Shown here: positions 10,996 to 22,445 of the stretch, piece by piece
Layout: the number at the start of each line of letters is the position of its first letter
Position numbering within the stretch: position 1 is the first letter of the stretch
Source of the DNA: Ranitomeya imitator
Lineage: Eukaryota
Assembly (NCBI RefSeq): GCF_032444005.1
Contig: NC_091282.1
Coordinates: forward strand, 1,149,604,001-1,149,668,000
Direction: 5' to 3'
Length of the DNA: 64,000 nucleotides
Program-made: the position numbers and the translations under genes
The notes under the pieces: generated by a model
What the model was told of the DNA's origin: nothing
The model's database searches: none
Seen by the model: the letters and a program-made list of their open reading frames with translations, nothing else

Positions 10996-12904
10996 GGCTC
11001 TCATTAAATTGTGGTTAAACGGAACAACTGCATTTGGCGTACTAGTTGGTTTGGGGCCTACTATCGGTGTCTGCCACTCCTTGCTGTTCTCCTGGTTTCC
11101 TGTCCTGAAATTCCATTTTCAGGCGCTCGTTAAGTAGTTGTTAATGTTAGACTGCATTTGGCCTACTAGTTGGGTTGGGGCCTACTATCGGTGTCTGCCA
11201 CTCCTTGCTGTTCTCCTCCACTGAACAAAGCTGTGCCGCCTGTTTACTACGGTTGCCAATTTTGAACTGCATTTCGACTACTTACTGATTTGGGCCTACT
11301 CTCTGTGTCAGCCTCTCATTCCAGTTGTCCTCCACTGCAATGCCCCCTGGTTATTCCTGTGTTACCAATTTTGAACTGCATTTAGCCAACTTTATTCTTT
11401 GGGCCTATATCTGTGTTTCCTCCTCATCCTGCCCATTGCCCAGCCAGTGATAGATGAGTCTGCTGGTACATTGACCCATAACGCAACATTCCCCGTGCAC
11501 GCTACACAACAACATTGTGACCCTGCTGAAAGTCAGGTTGCTCTTCCCGCATACCATACCACCTTACACGGGGACAAAGAGGAAGGTGCAGATGAAAGTG
11601 CAGGTTCCTTCATCAGGTGGGGGGAGGAATACTAGTTGGCGACATCACTGGCACAGGGCCTCTCATAGTACGCAAAAGTGTTGCTGCCGGTGGGAGGCGC
11701 CCCCGCCGTGCAAACACACCGCTGTACTTTGAGGGGCCCTGTGCCAGTGCCAATGCCAACGAGTGGGCCCCCCCTGCTTGCTCAGGTTCACAGCACTTGC
11801 AAAGTTGAAATACTTACCTCTCCCTGCTCCACCGCCGTGACGTGGTCCAGATTTCCTGGGCCCACTAATTACTTGAACCAGCCCTACCCACCACAACTTT
11901 AGCCAAATGACCCCCAATTTCAAATGCCTTACAATTATTATAAGGTAAATTACGCTTGACAAGCTTCATTAAGAAGAATGGATGGTTTTGACATTAAAAT
12001 GGGCACTCTAGGTGTTTTCCTGGCCCCCACTCACTGCCGACTATGCTGCCCCATTGACTTGCATTGGGTTTCGTGTTTCGGTCGATCCCGACTTTACGTC
12101 ATAATCGGCCGATTTCACTCAACCCGACTTTTGAGATAGTCGGGTTTCGCGAAACCCGGCTCGACTCTAAAAAGGTCAAGGTCGCTCAACTCTAGTTCTC
12201 ACATTTTATAAATTTTGCACACAGCACTTTTTTGGTATAATCCAGTATATTTCAGGGTTATATTAAACCCTTTTTTTGCACAAATAAGTTGGTTTTTGCT
12301 ATAAGTGTGCACATGTTGCATCAAGGTGTGTGTACTGACACATCCAGTATACTATATGGTTATACTTAACCCTTCCCTCTCTCTTTTTGCACTTTATATT
12401 GCTATATTGCACATATAAGTTTTTATTTGCTATAAATTTTGCACATATAAGTCTGTACTTGGAATATATGCAGAATGGTCTTTTTGGTTACATGTAAATC
12501 CAGCTAACAATATATGTCATCTTGGGGTGATGCTTGAACCTGTTATTGAAATATAATATAGGGGTCAGCCTGTACCATTGTTGATACTGATTTTAGTATA
12601 TAAAAATTATCCCATTGTGCACACAAGTGTTTTTTATCTGTAATTTTTATTGTTTTTTTGCCAAGTGTATATATAATAAAGGCATTTTAATCTTATTCCT
12701 GCTTGGGAGATCTTCTTTGACTTTTCTATATTGGCTGTGGTTGCTTTCTCTTGGTACGGTGGTGGTTTCCACAAATCTCTCCACAGGACACTAGACACTA
12801 GCACGTGTAATTAAGATTTTATTATTTTTATCGATTTTATTATTTGGCATATAGCAATTAGTGTACCTGTGGTTGTTACTTAACTGCACACTAGGGAAGC
12901 CTAA

Positions 12905-13630
12905 AGATACCGTCACACTAGACGATATCGCTTGCGATCCATGACGTTGCAGCGTCCTCGCTAGCGATATCGTCCAGTGTGACAGGCAGCAGCGATCAGG
13001 CCCCTGCTGTGCTGTCGCTGGTCGGGGAAGAAAGTCCAGAACTTTATTTGGTCGCTGGACTCCCCGCAGACATCGCTGAATCGGCGTGTGTGACACCGAT
13101 TCAGCGATGTCTTCGCTGGTAACCAGGGTAAACAACGGGTAACTAAGCGCAGGGCCGCGCTTAGTAACCCGATGTTTACCCTGGTTACCATCCTAAAAGT
13201 AAAAAAAAACAAACAGTACATACTTACCTAACGCTGTCTGTCCTCCAGCGCTGTTCTCTGCTCTCCTCCTGCACTGGATGTGAGCGTCGGTCAGCCGGAA
13301 AGCAGAGCAGTGACGTCACCGCTCTGCTTTCCGGCCGCTGTGCTCACAGCCAGTACAGGAGGAGAGCAAAGCACAGCGCTGGAGGACAGACGGCTGTAGG
13401 TAAGTATGTACTGTTTGTTTTTTTTTTACTTTTAGGATGGTAACCAGGGTAAACATCGGGTTACTAAGTGCGGCCCTGCGCTTAGTTACCTGATGTTTAC
13501 CCTGGTTACCGGCATCGTTGGTCGCTGGAGAGCGGTCTGTGTGACAGCTCTCCAGCGACCAAACAGCAACGCTGCAGCGATCCGGATCGTTGTCGGTATC
13601 GCTGCAGCGTCGCTAAGTGTGACGGTACCT
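12905..13630. mobile_element. PIF/Harbinger-type MITE (long form) with an internal ~390-bp palindrome
   Basis: TIR AG(A/G)TACCGTCACACT...AGTGTGACGGTACCT with TAA on both sides. Central palindrome ~13120-13509 is centred on TGACGTCA (13311-13318). Superfamily is inferred from the TAA TSD. Confidence 0.85.
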
Positions 13631-14156
13631 TAACAGTGCGCACAGTGCAGACTGTCAGGATTCTCTGGTGCCGATGCCAGGAGCAGGCAGGCACGATACT
13701 GCAAGTATGCAATTTGCATAAATGTGGTCACCTGCTGACTAGACATACATGGTCTTGCTCAATTCACTTGCATGGTATTGAGCCAGACACATCTATCCAA
13801 CTGTATTGGAGAATCCTGACAGTGCACAGTATGTGAGCTGTGAAGATTCACAAGTCTGCAGTCACATACAGAGAACTTGAACCCCAGGCATGGACAACTC
13901 CTTTAAGGCGCAGTAACTGGAGTATAACCCAGATCACTCAATTCAGTCACACTGAGTGATTATACAGCTACTGCACATCCCTATGAGTTCTGATTTCCTA
14001 TCCTTACTCTGTACAAGCATAAAATGCTCTCTTTGGCCAGCCCCAATCTTTTATCCTGGCTGTGCTAGCTCCTCTGACTGGCTGCACTATAACAATGTTA
14101 TTAACCATATTATTAACTGCATATTAACCATTTTATTAACTGCTGATTTACACATA

Positions 14157-14681
14157 CAACTCTGGCAAAAATTAAGAGAACCCCACATCAAAACTCTGTC
14201 ATGGGCAGCCCATTCTCCAGACCTGAACCCCATTGAAAACCTCTGGAATGTAATCAAGAGGACGATGGATAGTCACAAGCCATCAAACAAAGAAGAACTG
14301 CTTACATTTTTGCGCCAGAATCAGTGTGAAAGACTGGTGGAAAGCATGCCAAGACGCACGAAAGCTGTGATTAAAAATCATGGTTATTCCACAAAATATT
14401 GATTTCTGAACTCTTCCTGAGTGAAAACATTAGTATTGTTGTTTCTAAATGACTATGAACTTGTTTTCTTTGCATTTTTTGAGGTCTGAAAGCATTGGGT
14501 TTTTTTTAGTTTTGACCATTTTTATTTTTCCAGAAAAAAATACAAAATTTATTGCTTGGAAATTTGGAGACATGTTGTCAGAAGTTTATCGAATAAATGA
14601 ACAATTTACATTTTACTCAAAAATATACCTATAAAGAGAAAAAAACATTTTGCAGTGATCTCTTCATTTTTACGAGATCTG
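14157..14681 (+). mobile_element. Internally deleted Tc1/mariner element
   Basis: TA flanks and degenerate TIR CAACTCTGGCAAAAATTAAGAGA. Encodes the Tc1 C-terminal motif SPDLNPIENLW...SMPRR..AVIKNHGYSTKY. Confidence 0.85.
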
Positions 14682-14699
14682 TATGTTGCAGCCTTATGT

Positions 14700-15411
14700 T
14701 TGCAAAAGTCCGATCTATCAAAATATAAGATTAATTAACCCAATTGGTTAACAGTGTAATAGTAAAAGAGATCGAAACACCAGAATTATGTTTTTTTGAG
14801 TGCATAAAATGCAATAAAAGGCGATCAAAACATCGTATCTACAACAAATTACATAAGTAGAAAAGTAAACTAAAAAAAGGTCCCCCAACACAGTCCCATC
14901 AATTTAAAATTTAAAATGTTACGAGTGTCAGAAAATGGCGACACAAGCAATATATGTATTTTTTTTTTACAAATTTCTGAATTTTATTTCACCACTTAAA
15001 TAATAAAAAACTATACAATTTACTGACCTTAAGAATCATATTCTCAGGGTCAATTTTACTGTATACTAAACATGGTAAATAAAAATACAATTGTGAAACT
15101 GCACTTTTTTTTGCAATTTCATTAAAATGGTAAAACTAGAGAGACAAAAAAAGCGCAAATAGGGTCTTAAATGATAACCAAGTGGTGTAAAATATTATAG
15201 ATACGCTCACCTGATATGGCTGTAATAGTCACAACTCCTATAGAAGCTTATAAATACGGTGGTTTAGAGATCGGGCTACCCAAGGTTCAAAGGTAAAATC
15301 ACACACAAAGGTGAAGCATGAATGCGGTTTATTATGTCAATGCATTTCAAGGTTTTCAAACAATGAAAAAATGAAAGCAAGAAAACGGAAATTGGCCGTG
15401 GTCGGAAGGGG
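14700..15411. mobile_element. Degraded piggyBac-like non-autonomous fragment (one end) carrying a Penelope-like insertion at 15129-15352
   Basis: Ends in ...GGAAGGGG followed by TTTAA, and resembles other TTAA-bounded elements in the window. The 15129-15210 segment is homologous to 54341-54420. Left boundary not found. Confidence 0.45.
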
Positions 15412-16098
15412 TTTAAAAATGGACATGCTTAACCCCTTAGCGACCGCCGATACGCCTTTTAACGGTGGCCGCTAAGGGTACTTAAACCACAGCGCCGTTA
15501 ATTAACGGCGCTGTGGAAAAAGTAAATAGCGCTCCCCAGAGTCGGATTTTCTCCGGGGTCTCGGCTGCCGAGGGTAGCCGAGACCCCAGAGAACATGATT
15601 TGGGGTTTTTTTAACCCACCCCGCATTTGCGATCGCCGGTAATTAACCGTTTACCGGCGATCGCAAAAAAAAAAAAAACGCGGTCTCTTTTTAATTTCTC
15701 TATCCTCCGATGTGATCGCACATCGGAGGATAGAGAAAAGGGGTCCCAGATAGCCCCCCAATACTTACCTATCTGCCTGGGGTAGCCGAGACCCCAAAGA
15801 GCATGATCGGGGGTCGGTTTTAGCGACCTCTGTTTTGCGATCGCCGGTAATTAACTGTTTACCGGCGACCGCAAAAAAAAAAAAAAAAGCTAAGTGTAAT
15901 TCTCTGTCCTCTGATGTGATCGCACATCAGAGGACAGAGAAATAGGGGGATTCGGGGACCCTACAATACTCACCTGTGTCCTTGGATCCTCCAGCTGCTC
16001 CTCCTGGTCGCCGGCATCTTCTGGGCAAAAGAAAATGGCGGGCACATGTGCAGTGCACCCGCCATCTGTCTCCATCTGTCGGCCGGCAGGAGAAGAGC

Positions 16099-16298
16099 NN
16101 NNNNNNNNNNNNNNNNNNNNNNNNNNNNNNNNNNNNNNNNNNNNNNNNNNNNNNNNNNNNNNNNNNNNNNNNNNNNNNNNNNNNNNNNNNNNNNNNNNNN
16201 NNNNNNNNNNNNNNNNNNNNNNNNNNNNNNNNNNNNNNNNNNNNNNNNNNNNNNNNNNNNNNNNNNNNNNNNNNNNNNNNNNNNNNNNNNNNNNNNNN
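16099..16298. other. Assembly gap (200 N)
   Basis: N run abutting the TTAGGG-like array. Confidence 1.
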
Positions 16299-17245
16299 TT
16301 AGGGCTAGGGGTAGGGTTAGGGGTAGGGTTAGGGCTAGGGTTAGGGCTAGGGTTAGGGTTAGGGGTAGGGGTAGGGCTAGGAATAGGGGTAGGGCTAGGG
16401 TTAGGGCTAGGGTTAGGGTTAGGGCTAAATTTAGGGTTAGGGTTGGGGCTAAATTTAGAGTTAGGGTTGGCGCTAAATTTAGGGTTAGGCTTCTTTCACA
16501 CTTACGTCGGTACGGGGCCGTTGCAATGCATCGGCCCGACATACCGACGCACGTTGTGAAAATTGTGCACAACGTGGGCAGCGGATGCAGTTTTTCAACG
16601 CATCCGCTGCCCAATCTATGTCCTGGGGAGGAGGGGGCGGAGATACGGCCACGCATGCGCGGTCAGAAATGGCGGATGCGACGTACAAAAAAACGTTACA
16701 TTGAAAGTTTTTTTGTGCTGACGGTCCGCCAAAACACTGATCCAGTGCACTATGGACGCGACGTGTGGCCATCCGTCACGATCCATCGGCAATACAAGTC
16801 TATGGGCAAAAAACGCATCCTGCGGGCACATTTGCAGGATCCGTTTCTTGTCCAAAATGACGGATTGCGACGGATGCCAAATGACGCAAGTGTGAAAGTA
16901 GCCTTAGGGCTAGGGTTAGGGTTGGGGCTAAAGTTAGGGTTAGAGTTGGGATTAGGGTTAGGGTTTGGATTAGGGTTGGTATTAGGGTTAGGGTTGGCAT
17001 TAGGGTTACGCGATTAGGGTTAGGTTTGGGATTAGGGTTAAGGTTAGGGTTGTGATTAGGGGTGTATTGGGATTAGGGTTAGGTTTGAGGTTAGTGTTGA
17101 GATTAGGATTAGGGGTGTGTTGGATTTAGGGTTTTGATTAGGGTTATGGTTAGGGTTGACATTAGGGTTGTTTTGGGGTAAGGGTTGGGATTATCGTTAG
17201 GGTTAGTGATTAGGATTATGGATCGGGTTGGGATTAGGGTTAGGG
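16299..17245 (+). repeat. Degenerate telomere-like (TTAGGG/CTAGGG/GTAGGG)n array, split by a MITE
   Basis: Hexamer repeats at 16299-16487 and 16904-~17245, internal to the piggyBac-like element. Confidence 0.93.
16488..16903. mobile_element. Harbinger-type MITE in the TTAGGG array of copy A
   Basis: TIR GGCT(T/A)CTTTCACACTT with TTA on both sides. The same insertion is at the equivalent site in copy B (45779-46197). Confidence 0.88.
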
Positions 17246-17269
17246 GTGTGTTGGAGTTGGGTTGGAGCT

Positions 17270-19830
17270 AGAATTGGGGGGTTTCCACTGTTTAGGTACA
17301 TCAGGGGGTCTCCAAACACGACAGCCAATTTTGCGCTCAAAAAGTCAAATGGTGCTCCCTCCCTTCTGAGCTCTGCCGTGTGCCCAAACAGTGGGTTACC
17401 CCCACATATTTGGCATCAGCATACTCGGGATAAATTGTACAACAACTTCTGGGGTCCAATTTCTCTTGTTACCCTTGTGAAAATAAAAACTTGGGGGCTA
17501 CAAAATCCTTGTTGTGGAAAAATATATATATATATTTTTTTTATGACTCTGCATTATAAACTTCTGTGAAGCACTTGGGCATTCAAAGTTCTCACCACAC
17601 ATCTAGATAAGTTCCTTGGGGGTCTAGTTTCCAAAATGGGGTCACTTGTGGGGGGTTACTACAGTTTAGGTACATCAGGGGCTCTGCAATCGCAACATAA
17701 TGCCCACAGACCATTCTATCAAAGTCTGCATTCCAAAAAGGCGCTCCTTCCCTTCCGAGCTCTGCCGTGCGCCCAAACAGTGGTTTACTCCCACATATGG
17801 GGCATCAGCATACTCAGGATAAATTGGACAACAACTTTAGTGGTCCAATTTCTCCTGTTACCCTTGTGAAAATAAAAACTTGGGGGCTACAATATCTTTT
17901 TTGTGAAAAAAAAAATATTTTTTATTTTCACGACTCTGCATTCAAAACTTCTGTGAAGCACTTTGGCATTCAAAGTTCTCACCACACATCTAGATAAGTT
18001 CCTTGGGGGGTCTAGTTTCCAAAATGGGGTCACTTGTGGGGGGTTACTACAGTTTAGGTACATCAGGGGCTCTGCAATCGCAACATAATGCCCACAGACC
18101 ATTCTATCAAAGTCTGCATTCCAAAAAGGCGCTCCTTCCCTTCCGAGCTCTGCCGTGCGCCCAAACAGTGGTTTACCCCTACATATGGTGCATCAGCGTA
18201 CTCGGGATAAATTGTTCAACAACTATTGCAGTCCAATTTCTCCTGTTACCCTTGTGAAAATAAAAACTTGGGGGCTACAATATCTTTTTTGTGGAAAAAA
18301 AAATATTTTTTATTTTCACGACTCTGCATTCTAAACTTCTGTGAAGCACTTGGGCATTCAAAGTTCTCACCACACATCTAGATAAGTTCCTTGGGGGGGT
18401 CTAGTTTCCAAAATGGGGTCACTTGTGGAGGGTTTCTACTGGTTAGGTACATCAGGGGCTCTGCAAACGCAACATAATGCCCGCAGACCATTCTATCAAA
18501 GTCTGCATTCCAAAACGGCGCTCCTTCCTTCCGAGCTCTGCCGTGCGCCCAAACAGTGGTTTACCCCCACATATGGGGTACCAGCATACTCAGGACAAAT
18601 TGGACAACAACTTTTGGGGTCCAATTTCTCTTGTTACCCTTGTGAAAATAAAAACTTGGGGGCTAAAAAATCTTTTTTGTGGAAAAAAAATTATTTTTTA
18701 TTTTCACGACTCTGCATTATAAACTTCTGTGAAGCACTTGGGCATTCAAAGTTCTCACCACACATCTAGATAAGTTCCATGGGGGGTCTAGTTTCCAAAA
18801 TGGGGTCACTTGTGGGGGATTTCTACTGTTTAGGCACATCAGGGGCTCTCCAAACGCGACATGGCGTCCAATCTAAATTCCAGCCAATTCTACATTGAAA
18901 AAGTAAAACGGCACTCCTTCTCTTCCAAGCTCTGCGGTGCACCCAAACAGTGGTTTACCCCCACATATTGGGTATCAGCGTACTCAGGAGAAATTGCACA
19001 ACAACTTTTGTGGTCTAATTTCTCCTGTTACCCTTGTGAAAATAAAAATTTGTGGGTAAAAAATCATTTTTGTAGAAAAAATGCGATTTTTTTTTTCACG
19101 GCTCTACATTATAAACTTCTGTGAAGCACATGGGGGTTCAAAGTGCTCACCACACATCTAGATAAGTTCCTTAAGGGGTCTAGTTTCCAAAATGGGGTCA
19201 CTTGTGGGGGATTTCTACTGTTTAGGCACATCAGGGGCACTCCAAACGCGACATGGCGTCCAATCTCAATTCCAGCCAATTCTACATTGAAAAAGTAAAA
19301 CGGCACTCCTTCTCTTCCAAGCTCTGCGGTGCGCCCAAACAGTGGTTTACCCTCACATATGGGGTATCGACGTATTCAGGAGAAATCGCACAACAACTTT
19401 TGTGGTCTAATTTCTCCTGCTACCCTTGTGAAAATAAGAATTTGTGGGCAAAAAGATCATTTTTGTGTAAACAAAAGCGATTTTTTATTTTCACGGCTCT
19501 ACGTTATAAACTTCTGTGAAGCACTTGGGGGTTCAAAGTGCTCACCACACATCTAGATAAGTTCCTTAAGGGGTCTAGTTTCCAAAATGGTGTCACTTGT
19601 GGGGGGTTTCCACTGTTTAGGCACATCAGGGGCTCTCTAAACGTGACATGGTGTCCGATCTCAATTCCAGCCAATTCTGCATTGAAAAAGTCAAACGGCG
19701 CTCCTTCACTTCTAAGTTCTCCGGTGCGCCCAAAAAGTGGTTTACCCCCACATATGGGGTATTGGCGTATTCAGGAGAAATTGCATAACAAAATTTATGG
19801 TTACATTTCTGTTTTTACACTTGTGAAAAT
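17270..19830. repeat. ~390-bp tandem array, ~6.5 units
   Basis: CCAAAATGG(G/T)GTCACTTGTGG at 17631, 18019, 18408, 18795, 19187 and 19582 (periods 387-395). Confidence 0.92.
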
Positions 19831-21370
19831 AAAAAAAATGGTTCTGAATTAAGATGTTTGCAAAAAAAAGTTAAATGTTCATTTTTTCCTTCCACATTGT
19901 TTCAGTTCCTGTGAAGCACGTAAAGGGTTAATAAACTTCTTGAATGTGGTTTTGAGAACCTTGAGGGGTGTAGTTTTTAGAATGGTGTCACACTTCATTA
20001 TTTTCTATCATATAGACCCCTCAAAATGACTTCAAATGTGATGTGGTCCCTAAAAAAAAATGGTGTTGTAAAAATGAGAAATTGCTGGTCAACTTTTAAC
20101 CCTTATAACTCCCTAACAAAAAAAAATTTTGTTTCTAAAATTGTGCTGATGGAAAGTAGACATGTGGGAAATGTTATTTATTAACTATATTTCGTGACAT
20201 ATCTCTCTGGTTTAAGGGCATAAAAATACAAAGTTTGAAAATTGCAAAATTTTAAAAATTTTCGCCATATTTCCGTTTTTTTCATAAATAATCGCAAGTA
20301 ATATCGAAGAAATGTTACCACTAACATGAAGTACAATATGTCACGAAAAAAGAATCTCAGAATCAGCGGGATCCATTGAAGCGTTCCAGAGTTATAACCT
20401 CATAAAATGACAGTGGTCAGAATTGCAAAAATTGGCTCGGTCATTAAGTACCAAATTGGCTCTGTCACTAAGGGGTTAAGACAGAAGGATGACAACACAG
20501 ATGGAAAATTATCTGTTTTTTTCTGAACATTTTTTTTGATCCCTAACATGAACACAACTGTGGGGATTGTTTTTTTTTTCTTAGCAAGGAAGCAGGTTCT
20601 GTTTTTCGTGGCCTTCCCTATAGTTAATGCTGTTAATCTAATAATGTCTGAATACATGACGTCCTGTTATCTTGATTTTTATAAACATATCATTTTGTAA
20701 AATTGATTTTCAGAATATACAATCTGAGCGCAATTACATGTAATGTGTTTGCTTTGATTGTGAAATTCTGAGTTTACAATATATCTGTGATCTCATTTCT
20801 CCATACCGTTCCAGATAATACACGTTGGAGGTGATTACATACTGTAGGACAGAAGCAACATCCAGTTCACAGATTACGTGCACATCCCCGTCCTGTAGTT
20901 ATCTGGGAACATGCCGCCCGCTGGGATTCAGATTATATAATATGTTTAAAAGATGCTTTTGTGTTTCAGCTAATAAAAGGGATTTGTGAGATAAAGCCCA
21001 ATTCAAGTGTTCCCCGCTGCGATATGAGCTTTACTTCCTGTGGTCACGCTATTGTGAAAACTCTGTAGTTCGGTATTTATTTGTACTTTAAAACTAATAC
21101 CAGAGGTGTCCTGTGGCAGATAAAAAACCTTTCTTAAGTGTTTGTTTCTACAGATTGCTAAATCTGCCTATTTAATTGGTCGTATGGTAATACAGAATCA
21201 GTGGTTTGTAATATAGAATAACCCTTCTATACGTTTGTAAACTTGGGACTGAAAAAACATCATCAAATCATTAACACCGGAATGCCATCTATATACTGCA
21301 CCTCATAGTCATTAATGAGGAGATCGAAAAGTGCATTTTGGTTTTGTAATGACTATCTACAAGTTTAATA

Positions 21371-22445
21371 CATTTAGGTCCAGAAATATTTGGACAATTT
21401 TTGGCATTTTAGCTGTTTACCAAAACATATTCAAGATGCAGCTTTAATTTGAGGGTATTCACATCCTAATTGGAGTAAGGGTTTAGGAATTACAGCTCTA
21501 TCATATGTAACTGCCTCTTTAGAAAAGGATCAAAAGTAACTGGACAATTATCGTAAAAAAAATTTAATGGGCAACATGGGCTTTTTCCCCTGTTAGTCCG
21601 TCGTCGGTTAACCTTTTAAGGAACAGGGGTATTTCCATTTTTGCATTTCCATTTTTTCCTCCCCTTTTTCCCAGAGCCATAACTTTGTTATTTTTCCTGT
21701 CAATATGGCCATGTGAAGGCTTGTATTTTGCAGGATGAGTTTTACTTCTGAACAAAACCATTGCTTTTACCATATCATGTGCTGGCGACATCTTCCGAGA
21801 CCTGTAGCGTTGTCATTTTTTGGGATCTGTGTCTGCATGAGGGCTTATTTTTTGTGCACTGATCTGACGTTTTTATTGATACCATTTTTATGTAGATGCG
21901 ATGCTTTGATCACTTGTTAATGCATTTTATTGCAATAATGCAGCAAAAAGAAAAACGGAATCCTGGCGTTTTGATTTTTCTCATTTTTTACTGATCGCAT
22001 TAAGTCTTTTTATATCTTGATAGATTGGACGATTCTGAACACGGCAAAACCAAATATGTGCATTTTTATTTTTTATTTTTTATGGTTTTATTTTGAATAG
22101 GGCAAAAGGGAAGTGAATTGAATTTTTATAATTTTTTATTTTTTAAATATTTTTAAAAGCTTTTATTTTTTTTACTGGCTGCAATAGTCTCCATGGGATA
22201 AGCTGTCATGTGCAGGGGAAAAGGTGCAGGCTCATCTCCGGATCCCATACCTAAGGGGGGAGGTGACCTATAACAGACATAGCATATCATAGGTAGTTAA
22301 GGGGTTAAGCAGGTAAATGGTCTGGAACTGATACCAGATGTGTTTTTTTTTCCATTTGGAAGCTGGTGCTGTGAACCCACAACGTGCGATCAAAGGAGCT
22401 TTCAATAGAAAATGAACAGACCATCATTAAGACCCTGCAGAAGAT
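21371..22445 (+). mobile_element. 5' fragment of a Tc1-like element, interrupted by a piggyBac-like MITE
   Basis: TA|CATTTAGGTCCAGAAATATTTGGACA start. The remnant RSKELSIENEQTII at 22384 resembles a Tc1 transposase N-terminus. Confidence 0.6.
21612..22304. mobile_element. piggyBac-like non-autonomous element (~690 bp)
   Basis: TTAA|CCTTTTAAG...TTAAGGGG|TTAA. The left arm is homologous to 63806 onward. Confidence 0.75.

Larger units (their letters stand above)
1..12194 (+). mobile_element. Large hAT (Ac/hobo superfamily) DNA transposon, 3' portion; 5' end lies before the window
   Basis: Contains hAT transposase ORFs. Ends in GTCGCTCAACTCTA (12181-12194), the reverse complement of the TAGAGTTGAGCGAC terminus at 26795. 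Its 11200-12194 region is the inverted homolog of 26795-27700. The TSD cannot be tested because only one end is present. Confidence 0.9.
15433..20475 (+). mobile_element. piggyBac-like non-autonomous element, copy A (~5.0 kb)
   Basis: TTAA|CCCCTTAG...CTAAGGGG|TTAA, with no transposase ORF. Inverted homolog of 43433-47213. Orientation is arbitrary. Confidence 0.88.

Noticed and set aside
15970-17017. LGLG / RVRV / TLTL ORFs and X-containing ORFs (also 45531-46568)
   Set aside because: They are translations of TTAGGG-like hexamers and N gaps. Nothing in the sequence supports expression.
16299-17245. True telomere or chromosome-fusion scar
   Set aside because: The arrays are short, degenerate, internal to a TTAA-bounded element and present at the same position in both copies.
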